Source: Macrostomum lignano (Eukaryota). Taken from it: a DNA stretch of 64,000 bases. Of this stretch, positions 49,336-63,000 are shown piece after piece. The notes beneath the pieces were generated by a model that searched no databases, was not told the origin of the DNA, and saw only the letters and a list, made by a program, of their open reading frames with translations. The position numbers were made by a program, and so were the translations under genes. Within the stretch, counting starts at the first letter, position 1. Each line of letters opens with the position of its first letter. The stretch is taken from NCBI GenBank assembly GCA_002269645.1, contig NIVC01000291.1, positions 496,001 through 560,000 on the forward strand, in the 5' to 3' direction.

Positions 49336-52300
49336 ATGGGTGCACAAAACACTAAAGCAGAGAAGCTTAGTAGGAAGAAAGCAAAAGGAATAGGGACTAA
49401 TTATGCATCAGGAAATAGTTTATCAAATATAAGTCACAATAGCAGCTTAGCTCGGAGCAGTAGCACTAGTGAAGGTAAGTATGTTATGAATATGTTAATT
49501 CCTTTTATTAAATAGCCTATACATGACTATTGGTCTTTAGATTATATATTCTAGTGACAATTTACAATTCAAGCGTCTTGTCTTACTAATAATAGAATAG
49601 AAATAATTATTTATTTGTCAAAAGTTTTGTTTGCTTAATAAAGCATCTAGAAATTTTAGATTTGTTCCAATAAGGCTTTAAATCATTTAAAAAATTGCCT
49701 TGGTCTTATTGTCAATAATTCTTTTCATCAATTTGATGTAGTTAATTTTCTTTTTTTGAGATTTATTAATTAGTTTAATATAAATTGTAATTATTGTTAA
49801 CATTATAGAAATTATAGTCATTTCAGCCATAGTTTGGATTAGTGTTCTACCATAGCTATAGCTATGGCTATGGGATCTTATGGCAAATATAGTAAAATAG
49901 GTGCCTATGGCCATACATGCGCAACTGCTGGCCGACCTGGCCGATCTGGCCATTGTAAATTGTGGTGGACCAGGGGTAAGTCGCAAAAATGCCCATCCCA
50001 AAGAATATAGATGTAGTACTAATTAGATGATGAGGCATTTAGCCCTTAAAAGACAGTTGTAGTTACTCCTGCCGTTTACCCAAAATTGTGTTAATGTTGC
50101 TCTAGGGTTTCTTTCATAGGTAAGTCGCATTTTTGGTCAAAAAGTAAGTCGCATGGCCAGTGTAAATCAGGGGGGTTGCGCATGTATGCCTATGGCTATA
50201 GCAACTATAGATATGCCTATAGTAGATAGTTGCCATAATTAGGATCATGGCGCATTTTTAATGGAACAAATTCTATCAAAAAGTATAATTGCATTGTGCA
50301 CCAGAAAAAATCCTTTATGTATTATGTATTAATTCCCTTTGCATGAATTCCCAATTCTGACTTTCAATACTTCTTAGAATAAAATGAGCAATGATCTGAG
50401 AATGGTTTATCGAACATGTTTTGAGCTTATAGCTAGCGAACGAGTTGTCTTTTCATTCCTTTAACTCTCTCCTATTTATACCAATAAATTGTGTGTATTT
50501 AAAACAAAACTTTCAACTTGAGAATATTTTGCATATTAAAACAAACAAGTATAGAATTTTCGCACTAATTAGAAAAGCAGATTTCTTAGAAACAAGGTAC
50601 CGCTATTACAATTAGGTTATCTTGATTCAAAATATTTTGTTTCTTGGACTTTTTGTTAAAACAATAGCTATGGGAACTACAGGAATATGGTAATATTGGG
50701 GTTCCTATGGCAGTAGAATATGGATAATTGGAATAAGCCATAGTTTTGCTTATAGCTATGGCTATAGCATGTGAACCCCCCCATATAGCAAAACATTAGT
50801 TTGGATTGTATATTAGTATATACTAGGTCTAGTGGAGGAAAAAGTACAGGACCACATTTGTATACCAAGACTAAAAATGTTTTTAACTATATATATCAAA
50901 GTGGTATGCTTTTTTCATTATTGAATTCGTTATTCATGTAAAATAACAAACTTAAAATATTATACACTTGGAACATACATTGAGAAAAGACAATTATAAA
51001 AAAGTATTTTAAATACTTTTTATTTGCTAAAATTAGGGAAAATAAGTTTTTAGAGCACAAAGTTAAGTTTTAAATTGTTATTATTCTTTGTTCTATGTTG
51101 ATGTTGCATATAGTGTATTTTACATAAAGTTACTTTAATTGATCCTAATATATAGTAAAAATTATATACATATATATATATATATAAATATATAAATATG
51201 CCATAGATTTTCCATAGCTGAAAATTTTCCACTATGTTATATATGCAAGAATGTATGCTAATATATTTTGAAAAATAGTAAATACCTTTGTTGTACACTA
51301 GGAAATCTTAGTATACATGCCATTTTTCAAACTATGGCATTTAAATGACAAGGCATTTGGTGACAAGGAAAAACTTTTAGTAATGGCCTTTAGGGTTTCA
51401 AGTAGAAATTAAAAATCAAAAGTCTAAATAAATCAAACTTTAGGACTATGCACAGCTATATACATATGTATGGTATTTCAAACTCAAATATACCATCATA
51501 GAATTTATTTGAAGCCTAAAAAACTTTTGCCTAATGCCCTAATGCATTAATAATGAATATATTGATAAGATTTATAATTATGGTCATTTATAATTATAGT
51601 TTTATTTATAGTATATAGACTGACATAGTAATGACTAGTGCATTCTATGTATCAATATAAAAATTAGTGTTTATAAATTAATGCCAGTCCCATATCAAGA
51701 GTTTATGCTTGCATATTGATTTCATTGTTTTTATATAAGAACATTATCAGTATTATAAACTCTTATTTTTAGATTAATGTGTAATCAATAATATTAAAAC
51801 ATATTTTGATATTTTTAGATGATAATTTCACAATTTTAGCCTTGTAATTAAATAATAAATTTCCTATTTTAACAATGATGCCACAAAACACACACATTTG
51901 TGCACGCTGAAATAAATTTCCTATTTTAACAATGATGCCACAAAACACACACATTTGTGCACGCTGAAATATGGATCTTATAATAATGTACTTATGAATT
52001 GGCATTATTTTACATGCAAAAGTTGTGTGAATTCCATCAAGATGTCAATCATTCAGCATTCAAATTAGCAAACTCCACCCCTCCCAGACGACTGGTCGGT
52101 GAGCGCCGCCCCGCTAGACTTTGCCGGCAACACCTGCTTCTCGTTCCTGCACGAGACGGCCGCCCCGCTGCGCGAGAATGACACCCTGGTGGCCATCCAC
52201 GACTTCAGCGCCACAGCCGAGGGCTTCCTGAGCATCCGGAAGGGCGAGCAGCTGCGGTTCAGGGCGCTGAACGACTCCGGCGAATGGATGGAGGTGGAGA

Positions 52301-52870
52301 ACCCGCTGCCGGCTGGCGGCGGCGCGGCCGTCCGCGGCTGGGTGCCCGCCAACTACGTGGTGCCGCCCACCAACATGGAGCTGTTCGCCTGGTACCACGG
52401 CCAGATCAGCCGGCGCACTGCCGAGTACCTGCTGGCCTCCGGCATCAACGGCAGCTTCCTGGTGCGGGACAGCGAGTCCGAGCCCGGCCAGATGAGCATC
52501 AGCCTGCGCTTCAACGGCGAGGTCTATCACTACAGAGTCTGCCGCACCGGCCAGGAGGACTCCGGCGACGCCATGTACTTTATCATTGCCGAGCGGGCCT
52601 TTCCCACCGTCTACCAGCTGGTGCAGCACCACGCTCGGTGCCGGACGGCATCGTCTGTTGCCTGCTGTACCCGGCGCCGAAGCGGCTGCGGGCGGCCTTC
52701 CGATCCGCCACCAGCGGCGAGGACAGCTGGGAGGTGGACCGGACGGAGCTGGCCATGAAGCAGAAGCTGGGCGCCGGACAGTACGGTGACGTCTACCAGG
52801 CCGTGTGGAAGCGGGGCGGCGCGGCCGGCTGCCCCACCGTGGCTGTCAAAACCATCAAAGTGAGCTTTGA

Positions 52871-52922
<52 letters not shown>

Positions 52923-53025
52923 GCCTGTCTGTCTGTCTGTCTGTCTGTCTGCCTGTCTGTCTGTCTGTCTGTCTGCCCGCCTGTCTGTCTTTCTGTCTGC
53001 CTGTCTGTCTGTCTGTCTTAGTGTT

Positions 53026-53088
<63 letters not shown>

Positions 53089-53113
53089 GTCTGTCTGTGT
53101 CTGTCTGCCTGCC

Positions 53114-53152
<39 letters not shown>

Positions 53153-53249
53153 GTGTCTGTCTGTCTGTCTGTTTCTGTCTGTGTCTGTCTGTCTGTCTGT
53201 GTCTGTCTGTGTGTCTGTCTGTCTGTCTGTGTCTGTCTGCCTGTCTGTG

Positions 53250-53295
<46 letters not shown>

Positions 53296-53349
53296 CCCGC
53301 CTTTCTGTCTGTCTGTCTGTCTGCCTGTCTGTCTGTCTGTCTGTCTGTA

Positions 53350-53384
<35 letters not shown>

Positions 53385-53439
53385 GTCTGTCTGTGTCTGT
53401 CTGTCTGTCTGTGTCTGTCTGTGTGTCTGTCTGTCTGCC

Positions 53440-53488
<49 letters not shown>

Positions 53489-53593
53489 GTCTGTCTGTCT
53501 GTCTGTCTGTCTGTATGTCTGTCTGTCTGTCTGTCTGTCTGTGTCTGTCTGTGTCTGTCTGTCTGTCTGTGTCTGTCTGTGTGTCTGTCTGCC

Positions 53594-53630
<37 letters not shown>

Positions 53631-53777
53631 GTCTGTCTGTCTGTCTGTCTGTCTGTGTCTGTCTGTCTGCCTGTCTGTCTGTCTGTCTGTCTATGTGTCT
53701 GTCTGTCTGTCTGTGTCTGTCTGTGTCTGTCTGTCTGTCTGTGTCTGTCTGTGTGTCTGTCTGTGTGTCTGTCTGCC

Positions 53778-53852
<75 letters not shown>

Positions 53853-53991
53853 GTGTCTGTCTGTCTGTCTTAGTGTCTGTCTCTCTGTCTGTCTGTCCGT
53901 CTTAGTTTCTGTCTGTCTGTGTCTGTCTGTCTGCCTGTCTGTGTGTCTGTCTGTCTGTCTGTCTGTGTGTCTGTCTGTCTGTCTGTCTGTG

Positions 53992-54034
<43 letters not shown>

Positions 54035-54091
54035 GTGTCTGTCTGTCTCTCTGTCTGTCTGTCCGTCTTAGTGTCTGTCTGTCTGTCTGTA

Positions 54092-54166
<75 letters not shown>

Positions 54167-54181
54167 GTGTCTGTCTGTCTC

Positions 54182-54226
<45 letters not shown>

Positions 54227-57200
54227 GTGTCTGTCTGTCTCTCTGTCTGTCTGTCCGTCTTAGTGTCTGTCTGTCTGTCTGTGTGTCTGTCTGTCTCTCT
54301 GTCTGTCTGTCCGTCTTAGTGTCTGTCTGTCTCTCTGTCTGTCTGTCCGTCTTAGTGTCTGTCTGTCTGTCTGTATGTCTATGTGTCTGTCTGTCTGTCT
54401 GCACAGGCACGATTTCCAAGGAATAATTGGGAATTATTTTTTGCTAACTTTTCCTTTCTGTCAGTTTCTCAGAATGCTGGCAGGCCCCCAGTCTGTGTGG
54501 TGCTCAAGCTATTGCGTAATCAGCTGGCCCGGCTTCTCCCTCCAGCTTCAGCGGCTCAATACGGAGGGGGATTTCTTGAGATTCGATTGCTTTGAGCTGT
54601 GATGAAGATTTTTGGTCTGGGGCAGCTGGGGAGATGCTTATCTGGTCTCGCTCCCCTGCTACGGGGATCCGGAATCTGGCCGAGATTCTGGGACCAGAGA
54701 GACCCCAGGAGGTTGCGCTGCAAGCTGTGAATAATTCAGGTCTCCAGAATCCAATACCCGCCTTCTGATCTGCTATCGCAGGAGGACATGGCTATGAAAG
54801 TGAACGAGTTTCTGGCCGAGGCTCAGATGATGAAGCGGATGGAGCATCAAAATCTGGTGCAGCTTCTTGGTGAGTCTGCCTGTCGCCATTGCTGTTTGCG
54901 CTTTTTTAAATGTTACTTTTTATTCTTTGATTACTTGGGCAGCCAAAGAGTGTTCGTAGTTTTTCAAATAAACTTTCAGACAGATAAAATCAATTTAGAG
55001 ATTAGAGAAACGAGTCTGTGGGGCACTGAAGTTAGGGGGGGGGGCAGCAGCGGCTCACTGAAGTTCGGGGGGGGAGCAGCGGCTCACTGAAGTTCGGGGG
55101 GAGCAGCGGCTCACTGAAGTTCGGGGGGAGCAGCGGCTCACTGAAGTTCGGGGGGAGCGGCTCACTGAAGTTCGGGGGGAGCAGCGGCTCACTGAAGTTC
55201 GGGGGAGGGGAGCAGCGGCTCACTGAAGTTCGGGGGGGAGCAGCGGCTCACTGAAGTTCGGGGGGGAGCAGCGGCTCACTGAAGTTCGGGGGGAGGGGAG
55301 CAGCGGCTCACTGAAGTTCGGGGGGGGGAGCAGCGGCTCACTGAAGTTCGGGGGGGAGGGGAGCAGCGGCTCACTGAAGTTCGGGGGGGAGGGGAGCAGC
55401 GGCTCACTGAAATTCGGGGGGGGGGGGAGCAGCGGCTCACTGAAGTTCGGGGGGGAGCAGCGGCTCACTGAAGTTTGGGGGGGGGAGCAGCGGCTCACTG
55501 AAGTTCGGGGGGGGAGGGGAGCAGCGGCTCACTGAAGTTCGATTCCAAGTGCAGCCACATTAATTTGGGGCTGGATTGGAATTTTGGCTTGGCTCGCTTG
55601 TGCAATTAACGGCCCTGAGAACCAACCCCCCCAAGGTGCAGTGAAGTGTACATGCCTAACAATTGATAAAGTTAGGGCCGCTGTACACTCCTGTGTGAGT
55701 GTGTGCCTGCGTAACGTATCCGCGCGCTTGTATGCCTGCTCAGGGGAGTCGGCGGAATGGGCAGTAATGCCTCTCGCCGGTTGTGTGCCAATGACGCTTA
55801 AATTGCGCCAGGGTGCACACAACCCCCCTGCCTCTAATAAAATAAAAAATTGGGGGGGGGGAGCAGCGGCTCACTGAAGTTCGGGGGGAGGGGAGCAGCG
55901 GCTCACTGAAGTTCGGGGGAGCAGCGGCTCACTGAAGTTCGGGGGGGGGAGCAGCGGCTCACTGAAGTTCGGGGGAGCAGCGGCTCACTGAAGTTCGGGG
56001 GGAGCAGCGCCTCACTGAAGTTCGGGGGGGGGAGCAGCGGCTCACTAAAGTTCGGGGGGGGGAGCAGTGGCTCACTTAAGTTCGGGGGGGGGGGGGAGCA
56101 GTGGCTCACTGAAGTTCTGGGGGGGGGAGCAGTGGCTCACTGAAGGCCCACCAAAAGTCTGTAAATAAATAATTTCCGCGCCGCAGGCGTGTGCACCACC
56201 GAGCCGCCCTTCTACATCATCACGGAGTACATGGCGCACGGCAGCCTACTGGAGTTCTTGCGCACCCACCGGCTGGAGCTGCCGCCCTACACCTTGCTGT
56301 ACATGGCCACCCAGATTGCCAACGGCATGGCCTACCTGGAGCAGCACTGCTTCGTTCACCGCGATCTGGCGGCCAGAAACTGCCTGGTTGGCGAGGGCTA
56401 CGTTGTGAAGGTGGCGGATTTCGGCCTCACCCGCCTGCTGGACCGCGACAGCCCCTACGTGGCGCACCAGGGCGCCAAGTTCCCCATCAAGTGGACGGCG
56501 CCCGAGGGCCTGGCCTACAACCAGTTCGACACGCGCTCCGACGTCTGGTCATTTGGCGTGTTGCTATGGGAAATCGCAACCTACGGCTGCTCGCCCTATC
56601 CTAAGGTTGAGCTCACCGAAGTATACCAGCTGTTGGAGAGCGGCTACCGGATGGACAAGCCGCCTGTCTGTCCGGATAGCGTCTACCAGCTCATGCTGCG
56701 CTGCTGGCGCTGGGAGCCGGACCAGCGGCCCGCCTTTGCTGAGCTGTACGCCAGCCTCAAGGCTATCCGAGATGCGCTGGTGGAAGATGGTTGGTTGACT
56801 CTGGGTCAGGGTGTTGTGGGTCAGGTGTTGTGGGTCAGGGTGTTGTGGGTCAGTGTTGTGGTCAGGGAGTTGTGGGTCAGGGAGTTGGGTCAGGGAGTTG
56901 TGGGTCAGGGAGTTGTGGGTCAGGGTGTTGTGGGTCAGGGTGTTGTGGGTCAGGGTGTTGTGGGTCAGGGTGTTGTGGGTCAGGGTGTTGTGGGTCAGTG
57001 TTGTGGGTCAGGGAGTTGTGGGTCAGGGTGTTGTGGGTCAGTGTTGTGGGTCAGTGTGTTGTGGGTCAGGGTGTTGTGGCATGGTGTCAATACTATTTGT
57101 GTCGGGTGTGTCATGGTCGCTGCGAGCCAGGCGTGTAATATTGAATAAATACGATTAGAGTCTCTTAAGCGAAGTGCTTGATTGTTCCGTCCATCATCTT

Positions 57201-59080
57201 ACCGAATGCTTCAACAAAAGGCCATTATTGTACCAGAGTTCTGTCCAACACGCCCAGCACCGAGCCGAATTCAATAATTTTCAGTGCCGCCCTCTCCAGC
57301 CGACACTTTGCCAGAGATGTCGCCCGCGTCTGGCTCGGCTCCCGTGCCACTGCGACCTCCGCCAGGACAGTGCGCAGTCAGAGCATGGAGCAGGTACAGC
57401 AGCAACAGCAGCCTCAGCAGCGGGACAGTCATCGGCATCACCAGCACCACAGAAGCAGCAGCGGCATGCCGGCGCCCGAAAGTCCGCCGCCGCCGCCTCC
57501 GCCTCCTGCAGCCCCATGCCCGAAGCCGGCCCCGGCGCCGCTTTTACTGTCCCAAGTAGGAAGGCTCCGGCGCCGCCGCGGCGCACCACGCCGATCAAGG
57601 AGACCCCGCAGCAGCAGCCCCTGACCCAGGCGCTCATCTGTCCAGAGGGTTCAGCGTCCCGGAGACCGTCAACGAGCAGCAGCAGAAGCAGCAGCCTTCA
57701 AAGCTGCCATCGGCTCCGGTGGCCAGACCTCTGCCTGGTGACGGCAGCGACTGCGGCGCCGGCAGCTCCAGTAACTCTGTGCCCGTGCGGCGAAGGAGTG
57801 CCGCCATCCTGGCACCGCAGGCGCTTCAGGTGGCCGCCCAGGGTGAGTTGCTGGCGTCTGCTGTGTGCGGCAGAGGCTTTCTATTGCTAAACTGAGGGTA
57901 TTGCTGAGGATTGGGGTATTTAATTGCTGAGGATTGGGGTATTTAATCGCTTAGGATTGGGGTATTTAATCGCTTAGGATTGGGGTATTTAATCGCTGAG
58001 GATTGGGGTATTTAATCGCTGAGGATTGGGGTATTTAATTGCTGAGGATTGGGGTATTTAATTGCTGAAGATTGGGGTATTTAATTACTGAGAATTGGGG
58101 TATTTAATTGCTCTGTAAGAAATCGATAATTAAGTATTTTTCGAGTTCTATTGCTAGTTACAGGGGAATTCTGTTTCCCGTATCCAGCTGGCATTGAGCT
58201 GCTGTCTGAAATAGATTATTGCTGGCTGGGGTATTTTCTGATCGCTAAAAGTGCACCTAACCTGCAGCCGGCCCACCGCCCCCGCAACCAGAGAAGAGCG
58301 GCAGCCGCCAGTCTCCGGGGGCGCCGGCTACGCCAGATCGAACTCCGGCCCTGCTGCCGCCTCCGCCTCCGTCAGCGGTGCAGCAGCCCAAGCCGCATCG
58401 CCAGCAGCAGCTCCTGCAGGCTTCGCTTCACCAGCGCTCAGCCAGCACCCCGGCATCCGAGCTGTCGCCCCCGCCGCCTTCCCCTCCGCCTCCCCTCCGC
58501 CTCCCCCTGCACCTCCCCCTCCGCCTGCGTCTCAGACGCCCCTGCCGGCTCCCGCGGACTTCAGCGACGACGACGAAGAATCCTCGGGCTCGTCGTCCAG
58601 CTCATCCTCCAGCTCCGCGTCCAGCGCCTCGTCGATTGTCGCCGAGCCTGCGGTTTGTCGAAGAAGCCGCAGCCACCTTCAGCAACGCCAGCGAAAGCTG
58701 CGGGTGCGCCTTCAGCAGCGATCGGGCTGCGCAGGAGGCCGCAGCAACTGCAGAATCAGCAGCAGCAGCAGCCGTTCCGCCAGTCCCTCACCGAGGAGCT
58801 CAAGCTGAGATTGGCGTGTCGCCTCCCGTGCCGCGGAAGCCGCTGCAGTCCCAGCAGCACTGCAGCCGGCCGAGCTGCCCAAGCGGATGTCCTGGAGCCC
58901 CAACGCCGGTGCGCCTCTGCCGCCCTCGCCTGCCCCTAGCAACAGCTCGGCATTAACGCCCGAGCAGTCGGCCCATCAGCAGCAGCCGGAGTCTCCGCCG
59001 CCGCCGGCGCCTCCCTCGCTGGCGTCGGTGCAGACGGCGGTGAAGGAGCTGCTGACGCAGGCTTCCTCGGTGTCGGGCTC
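49336..59080 (+). CDS. ABL: Abl-family non-receptor tyrosine kinase (myristoylation exon, SH3, SH2, kinase, Pro-rich tail); copy truncated at the N gap
   Basis: Exons 49336-49474 (MGAQ...), 52088-52859 (SH3 ...GWVPANYV; SH2 [16 protein letters not shown]; 1-nt frameshift near 52634; [18 protein letters not shown]), 54782-54869, 56187-56789 ([32 protein letters not shown]), 57285-57842 and 58268 onward. Confidence 0.93.
52872..54400. repeat. (GTCT)n microsatellite, intronic
   Basis: ~1.5-kb degenerate tetranucleotide array in Abl intron 52860-54781. Confidence 0.97.
55025..56145. repeat. GAGCAGCGGCTCACTGAAGTTC(G)n minisatellite interrupted by a dispersed repeat
   Basis: Arrays on both sides of a non-repetitive ~330-bp insert (~55520-55850); duplicated at 59223-60058. 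Confidence 0.95.
55520..55850 (+). mobile_element. short interspersed element-like insertion with A-rich tail
   Basis: Unique segment embedded mid-array, homologous to 48440-48745, ending AATAAAATAAAAAAT. No pol III boxes or TSD confirmed. Confidence 0.55.
56800..57080. repeat. GTGGGTCAGGGTGTT intronic minisatellite
   Basis: 15-bp units after the kinase exon; duplicated at ~60715-60995. Confidence 0.93.
57890..58110. repeat. 23-bp intronic minisatellite
   Basis: CTGAGGATTGGGGTATTTAATTG units; duplicated at ~61815-62030. Confidence 0.93.
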
Positions 59081-59222
59081 NNNNNNNNNNNNNNNNNNNN
59101 NNNNNNNNNNNNNNNNNNNNNNNNNNNNNNNNNNNNNNNNNNNNNNNNNNNNNNNNNNNNNNNNNNNNNNNNNNNNNNNNNNNNNNNNNNNNNNNNNNNN
59201 NNNNNNNNNNNNNNNNNNNNNN
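59081..59222. other. assembly gap (142 N)
   Basis: Run of N. Confidence 1.
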
Positions 59223-60099
59223 ACTGAAGTTCGGGGGGGGGAGCAGCGGCTCACTGAAGTTCGGGGGGGAGGGGAGCAGCGGCTCACTGAAGTTCGGGGG
59301 GGGGGAGCAGCGGCTCACTGAAATTCGGGGGGGGGAGCAGCGGCTCACTGAAGTTCGGGGTGGGGCGGGGGAGCAGCGGCTCACTGAAGTTGGGGGGGGG
59401 GAGCAGCGGCTCACTGAAGTTCGGGGGTGGGGGAGGGGAGCAGCGGTCACTGAAGTTCGATTCCAAGTGCAGCCACATTATTTGGGGCTGATTGGAATTT
59501 TGGCTTGGCTCGCTTGTGCAATTAACGGCCTGAGAACCAACCCCCCCAAGGTGCAGTGAAGTGTACATGCCTAACAATTGATAAAGTTAGGGCCGCTGTA
59601 CACTCCTGTGTGAGTGTGTGCTGCGTAACGTATCGCGCGCTTGTATGCCTGCTCAGGGGAGTCGGCGGAATGGGCAGTAATGCCTCTCGCCGGTTGTGTG
59701 CCAATGACGCTTAAATTGCGCCAGGGTGCACACAACCCCCCTGCCTCTAATAAAAAAAAAAATTGGGGGGGGGGAGCAGCGGCTCACTGAAGTTCGGGGG
59801 GGAGGGAGCAGCGGCTCACTGAAGTTCGGGGGAGCAGCGGCTCACTGAAGTTCGGGGGGGGGGAGCAGCGGCTCACTGAAGTTCGGGGGAGCAGCGGCTC
59901 ACTGAAGTTCGGGGGGAGCAGCGCCTCACTGAAGTTCGGGGGGGGGAGCAGCGGCTCACTAAAGTTCGGGGGGGGGAGCAGTGGCTCACTTAAGTTCGGG
60001 GGGGGGGGGAGCAGTGGCTCACTGAAGTTCTGGGGGGGGGAGCAGTGGCTCACTGAAGGCCCACCAAAAGTCTGTAAATAAATAATTTCCGCGCCGCAG

Positions 60100-63000
60100 G
60101 CGTGTGCACCACCGAGCCGCCCTTCTACATCATCACGGAGTACATGGCGCACGGCAGCCTACTGGAGTTCTTGCGCACCCACCGGCTGGAGCTGCCGCCC
60201 TACACCTTGCTGTACATGGCCACCCAGATTGCCAACGGCATGGCCTACCTGGAGCAGCACTGCTTCGTTCACGCGCGATCTGGCGGCCAGAAACTGCCTG
60301 GTTGGCGAGGGCTACGTTGTGAAGGTGGCGGATTTCGGCCTCACCGCCTGCTGGACCGCGACAGCCCCTACGTGGCGCACCAGGGCGCCAAGTTCCCCAT
60401 CAAGTGGACGGCGCCCGAGGGCCTGGCCTACAACCAGTTCGACACGCGCTCCGACGTCTGGTCATTTGGCGTGTTGCTATGGGAAATCGCAACCTACGGC
60501 TGCTCGCCCTATCCTAAGGTTGAGCTCACCGAAGTATACCAGCTGTTGGAGAGCGGCTACCGGATGGACAAGCCGCCTGTCTGTCCGGATAGCGTCTACC
60601 AGCTCATGCTGCGCTGCTGGCGCTGGGAGCCGGACCAGCGGCCCGCCTTTGCTGAGCTGTACGCCAGCCTCAAGGCTATCCGAGATGCGCTGGTGGAAGA
60701 TGGTTGGTTGACTCTGGGTCAGGGTGTTGTGGGTCAGGTGTTGTGGGTCAGGGTGTTGTGGGTCAGTGTTGTGGGTCAGGGAGTTGTGGTCAGGGAGTTG
60801 TGGGTCAGGGAGTTGTGGGTCAGGGAGTTGTGGGTCAGGGTGTTGTGGGTCAGGGTGTTGTGGGTCAGGGTGTTGTGGGTCAGGGTGTTGTGGGTCAGGG
60901 TGTTGTGGGTCAGTGTTGTGGGTCAGGGAGTTGTGGGTCAGGGTGTTGTGGGTCAGTGTTGTGGGTCAGTGTGTTGTGGGTCAGGGTGTTGTGGCATGGT
61001 GTCAATACTATTTGTGTCGGGGTGTGTCATGGTCGCTGCGAGCCAGGCGTGTAATATTGAATAAATACGATTAGAGTCTCTTAAGCGAAGTGCTTGATTG
61101 TTCCGTCCATCATCTTACGCGAATGCTTCAACAAAAGGCCATTATTGTACCAGAGTTCTGTCCAACACGCCCAGCACCGAGCCGAATTCAATAATTTTCA
61201 GTGCCGCCCTCTCCAGCCGACACTTTGCCAGAGATGTCGCCCGCGTCTGGCTCGGCTCCCGTGCCACTGCGACCTCCGCCCAGGACAGTGCGCAGTCAGA
61301 GCATGGAGCAGGTACAGCAGCAACAGCAGCCTCAGCAGCGGACAGTCATCGGCATCACCAGCACCACAGAAGCAGCAGCGGCATGCCGGCGCCCGAAAGT
61401 CCGCCGCCGCCGCCTCCGCCTCCTGCAGCCCCCATGCCCGAAGCCGGCCCCGGCGCCGCTTTTACTGTCCCAAGTAGGAAGGCTCCGGCGCCGCCGCGGC
61501 GCACCACGCCGATCAAGGAGACCCCGCAGCAGCAGCCCCCTGACCCAGGCGCTCATCTGTCCAGAGGGTTCAGCGTCCCGGAGACCGTCAACGAGCAGCA
61601 GCAGAAGCAGCAGCCTTCAAAGCTGCCATCGGCTCCGGTGGCCAGACCTCTGCCTGGTGACGGCAGCGACTGCGGCGCCGGCAGCTCCAGTAACTCTGTG
61701 CCCGTGCGGCGAAGGAGTGCCGCCATCCTGGCACCGCAGGCGCTTCAGGTGGCCGCCCAGGGTGAGTTGCTGGCGTCTGCTGTGTGCGCAGAGGCTTTCT
61801 ATTGCTAAACTGAGGGTATTGCTGAGGATTGGGGTATTTAATTGCTGAGGATTGGGGTATTTAATCGCTTAGGATTGGGGTATTTAATCGCTTAGGATTG
61901 GGGTATTTAATCGCTGAGGATTGGGGTATTTAATCGCTGAGGATTGGGGTATTTAATTGCTGAGGATTGGGGTATTTAATTGCTGAAGATTGGGGTATTT
62001 AATTACTGAGAATTGGGGTATTTAATTGCTCTGTAAGAAATCGATAATTAAGTATTTTTCGAGTTCTATTGCTAGTTACAGGGGAATTCTGTTTCCCGTA
62101 TCCAGCTGGCATTGAGCTGCTGTCTGAAATAGATTATTGCTGGCTGGGGTATTTTCTGATCGCTAAAAGTGCACCTAACCTGCAGCCGGCCCCACCGCCA
62201 CCCCGCAACCAGAGAAGAGCGGCAGCCGCCAGTCTCCGGGGGCGCCGGCTACGCCAGATCGAACTCCGGCCCTGCTGCCGCCTCCGCCTCCGTCAGCGGT
62301 GCAGCAGCCCAAGCCGCATCGCCAGCAGCAGCTCCTGCAGGCTTCGCTTCACCAGCGCTCAGCCAGCACCCCGGCATCCGAGCTGTCGCCCCCGCCGCCT
62401 TCCCTCCGCCTCCCCTCCGCCTCCCCTGCACCTCCCCCTCCGCCTGCGTCTCAGACGCCCCTGCCGGCTCCCGCGGACTTCAGCGACGACGACGAAGAAT
62501 CCTCGGGCTCGTCGTCCAGCTCATCCTCCAGCTCCGCGTCCAGCGCCTCGTCGATTGTCGCCGAGCCTGCGGGTTTGTCGAAGAAGCCGCAGCCACCTTC
62601 AGCAACGCCAGCGAAAGCTGCGGGTGCGCCTTCAGCAGCGATCGGGCTGCGCAGGAGGCCGCAGCAACTGCAGAATCAGCAGCAGCAGCAGCCGTTCCGC
62701 CAGTCCCTCACCGAGGAGCTCAAGCTGAAGATTGGCGTGTCGCCTCCCGTGCCGCGGAAGCCGCTGCAGTCCCAGCAGCACCTGCAGCCGGCCGAGCTGC
62801 CCAAGCGGATGTCCTGGAGCCCCAACGCCGGTGCCGCTCTGCCGCCCTCGCCTGCCCCTAGCAACAGCTCGGCATTAACGCCCGAGCAGTCGGCCCATCA
62901 GCAGCAGCCGGAGTCTCCGCCGCCGCCGGCGCCTCCCTCGCTGGCGTCGGTGCAGACGGCGGTGAAGGAGCTGCTGACGCAGGCTTCCTCGGTGTCGGGC

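Noticed and set aside
51855-51970. ~55-bp tandem duplication in Abl intron 1
   Set aside because: Simple two-copy local duplication with no sign of function.
52867-54426. CLSV-repeat ORFs (also 11965-12673)
   Set aside because: Translations of (GTCT)n microsatellite.
56187-61064. Tandem two-kinase Abl gene
   Set aside because: The duplication begins exactly at the N gap and the copies differ mainly by 1-nt indels; assembly overlap is more parsimonious.
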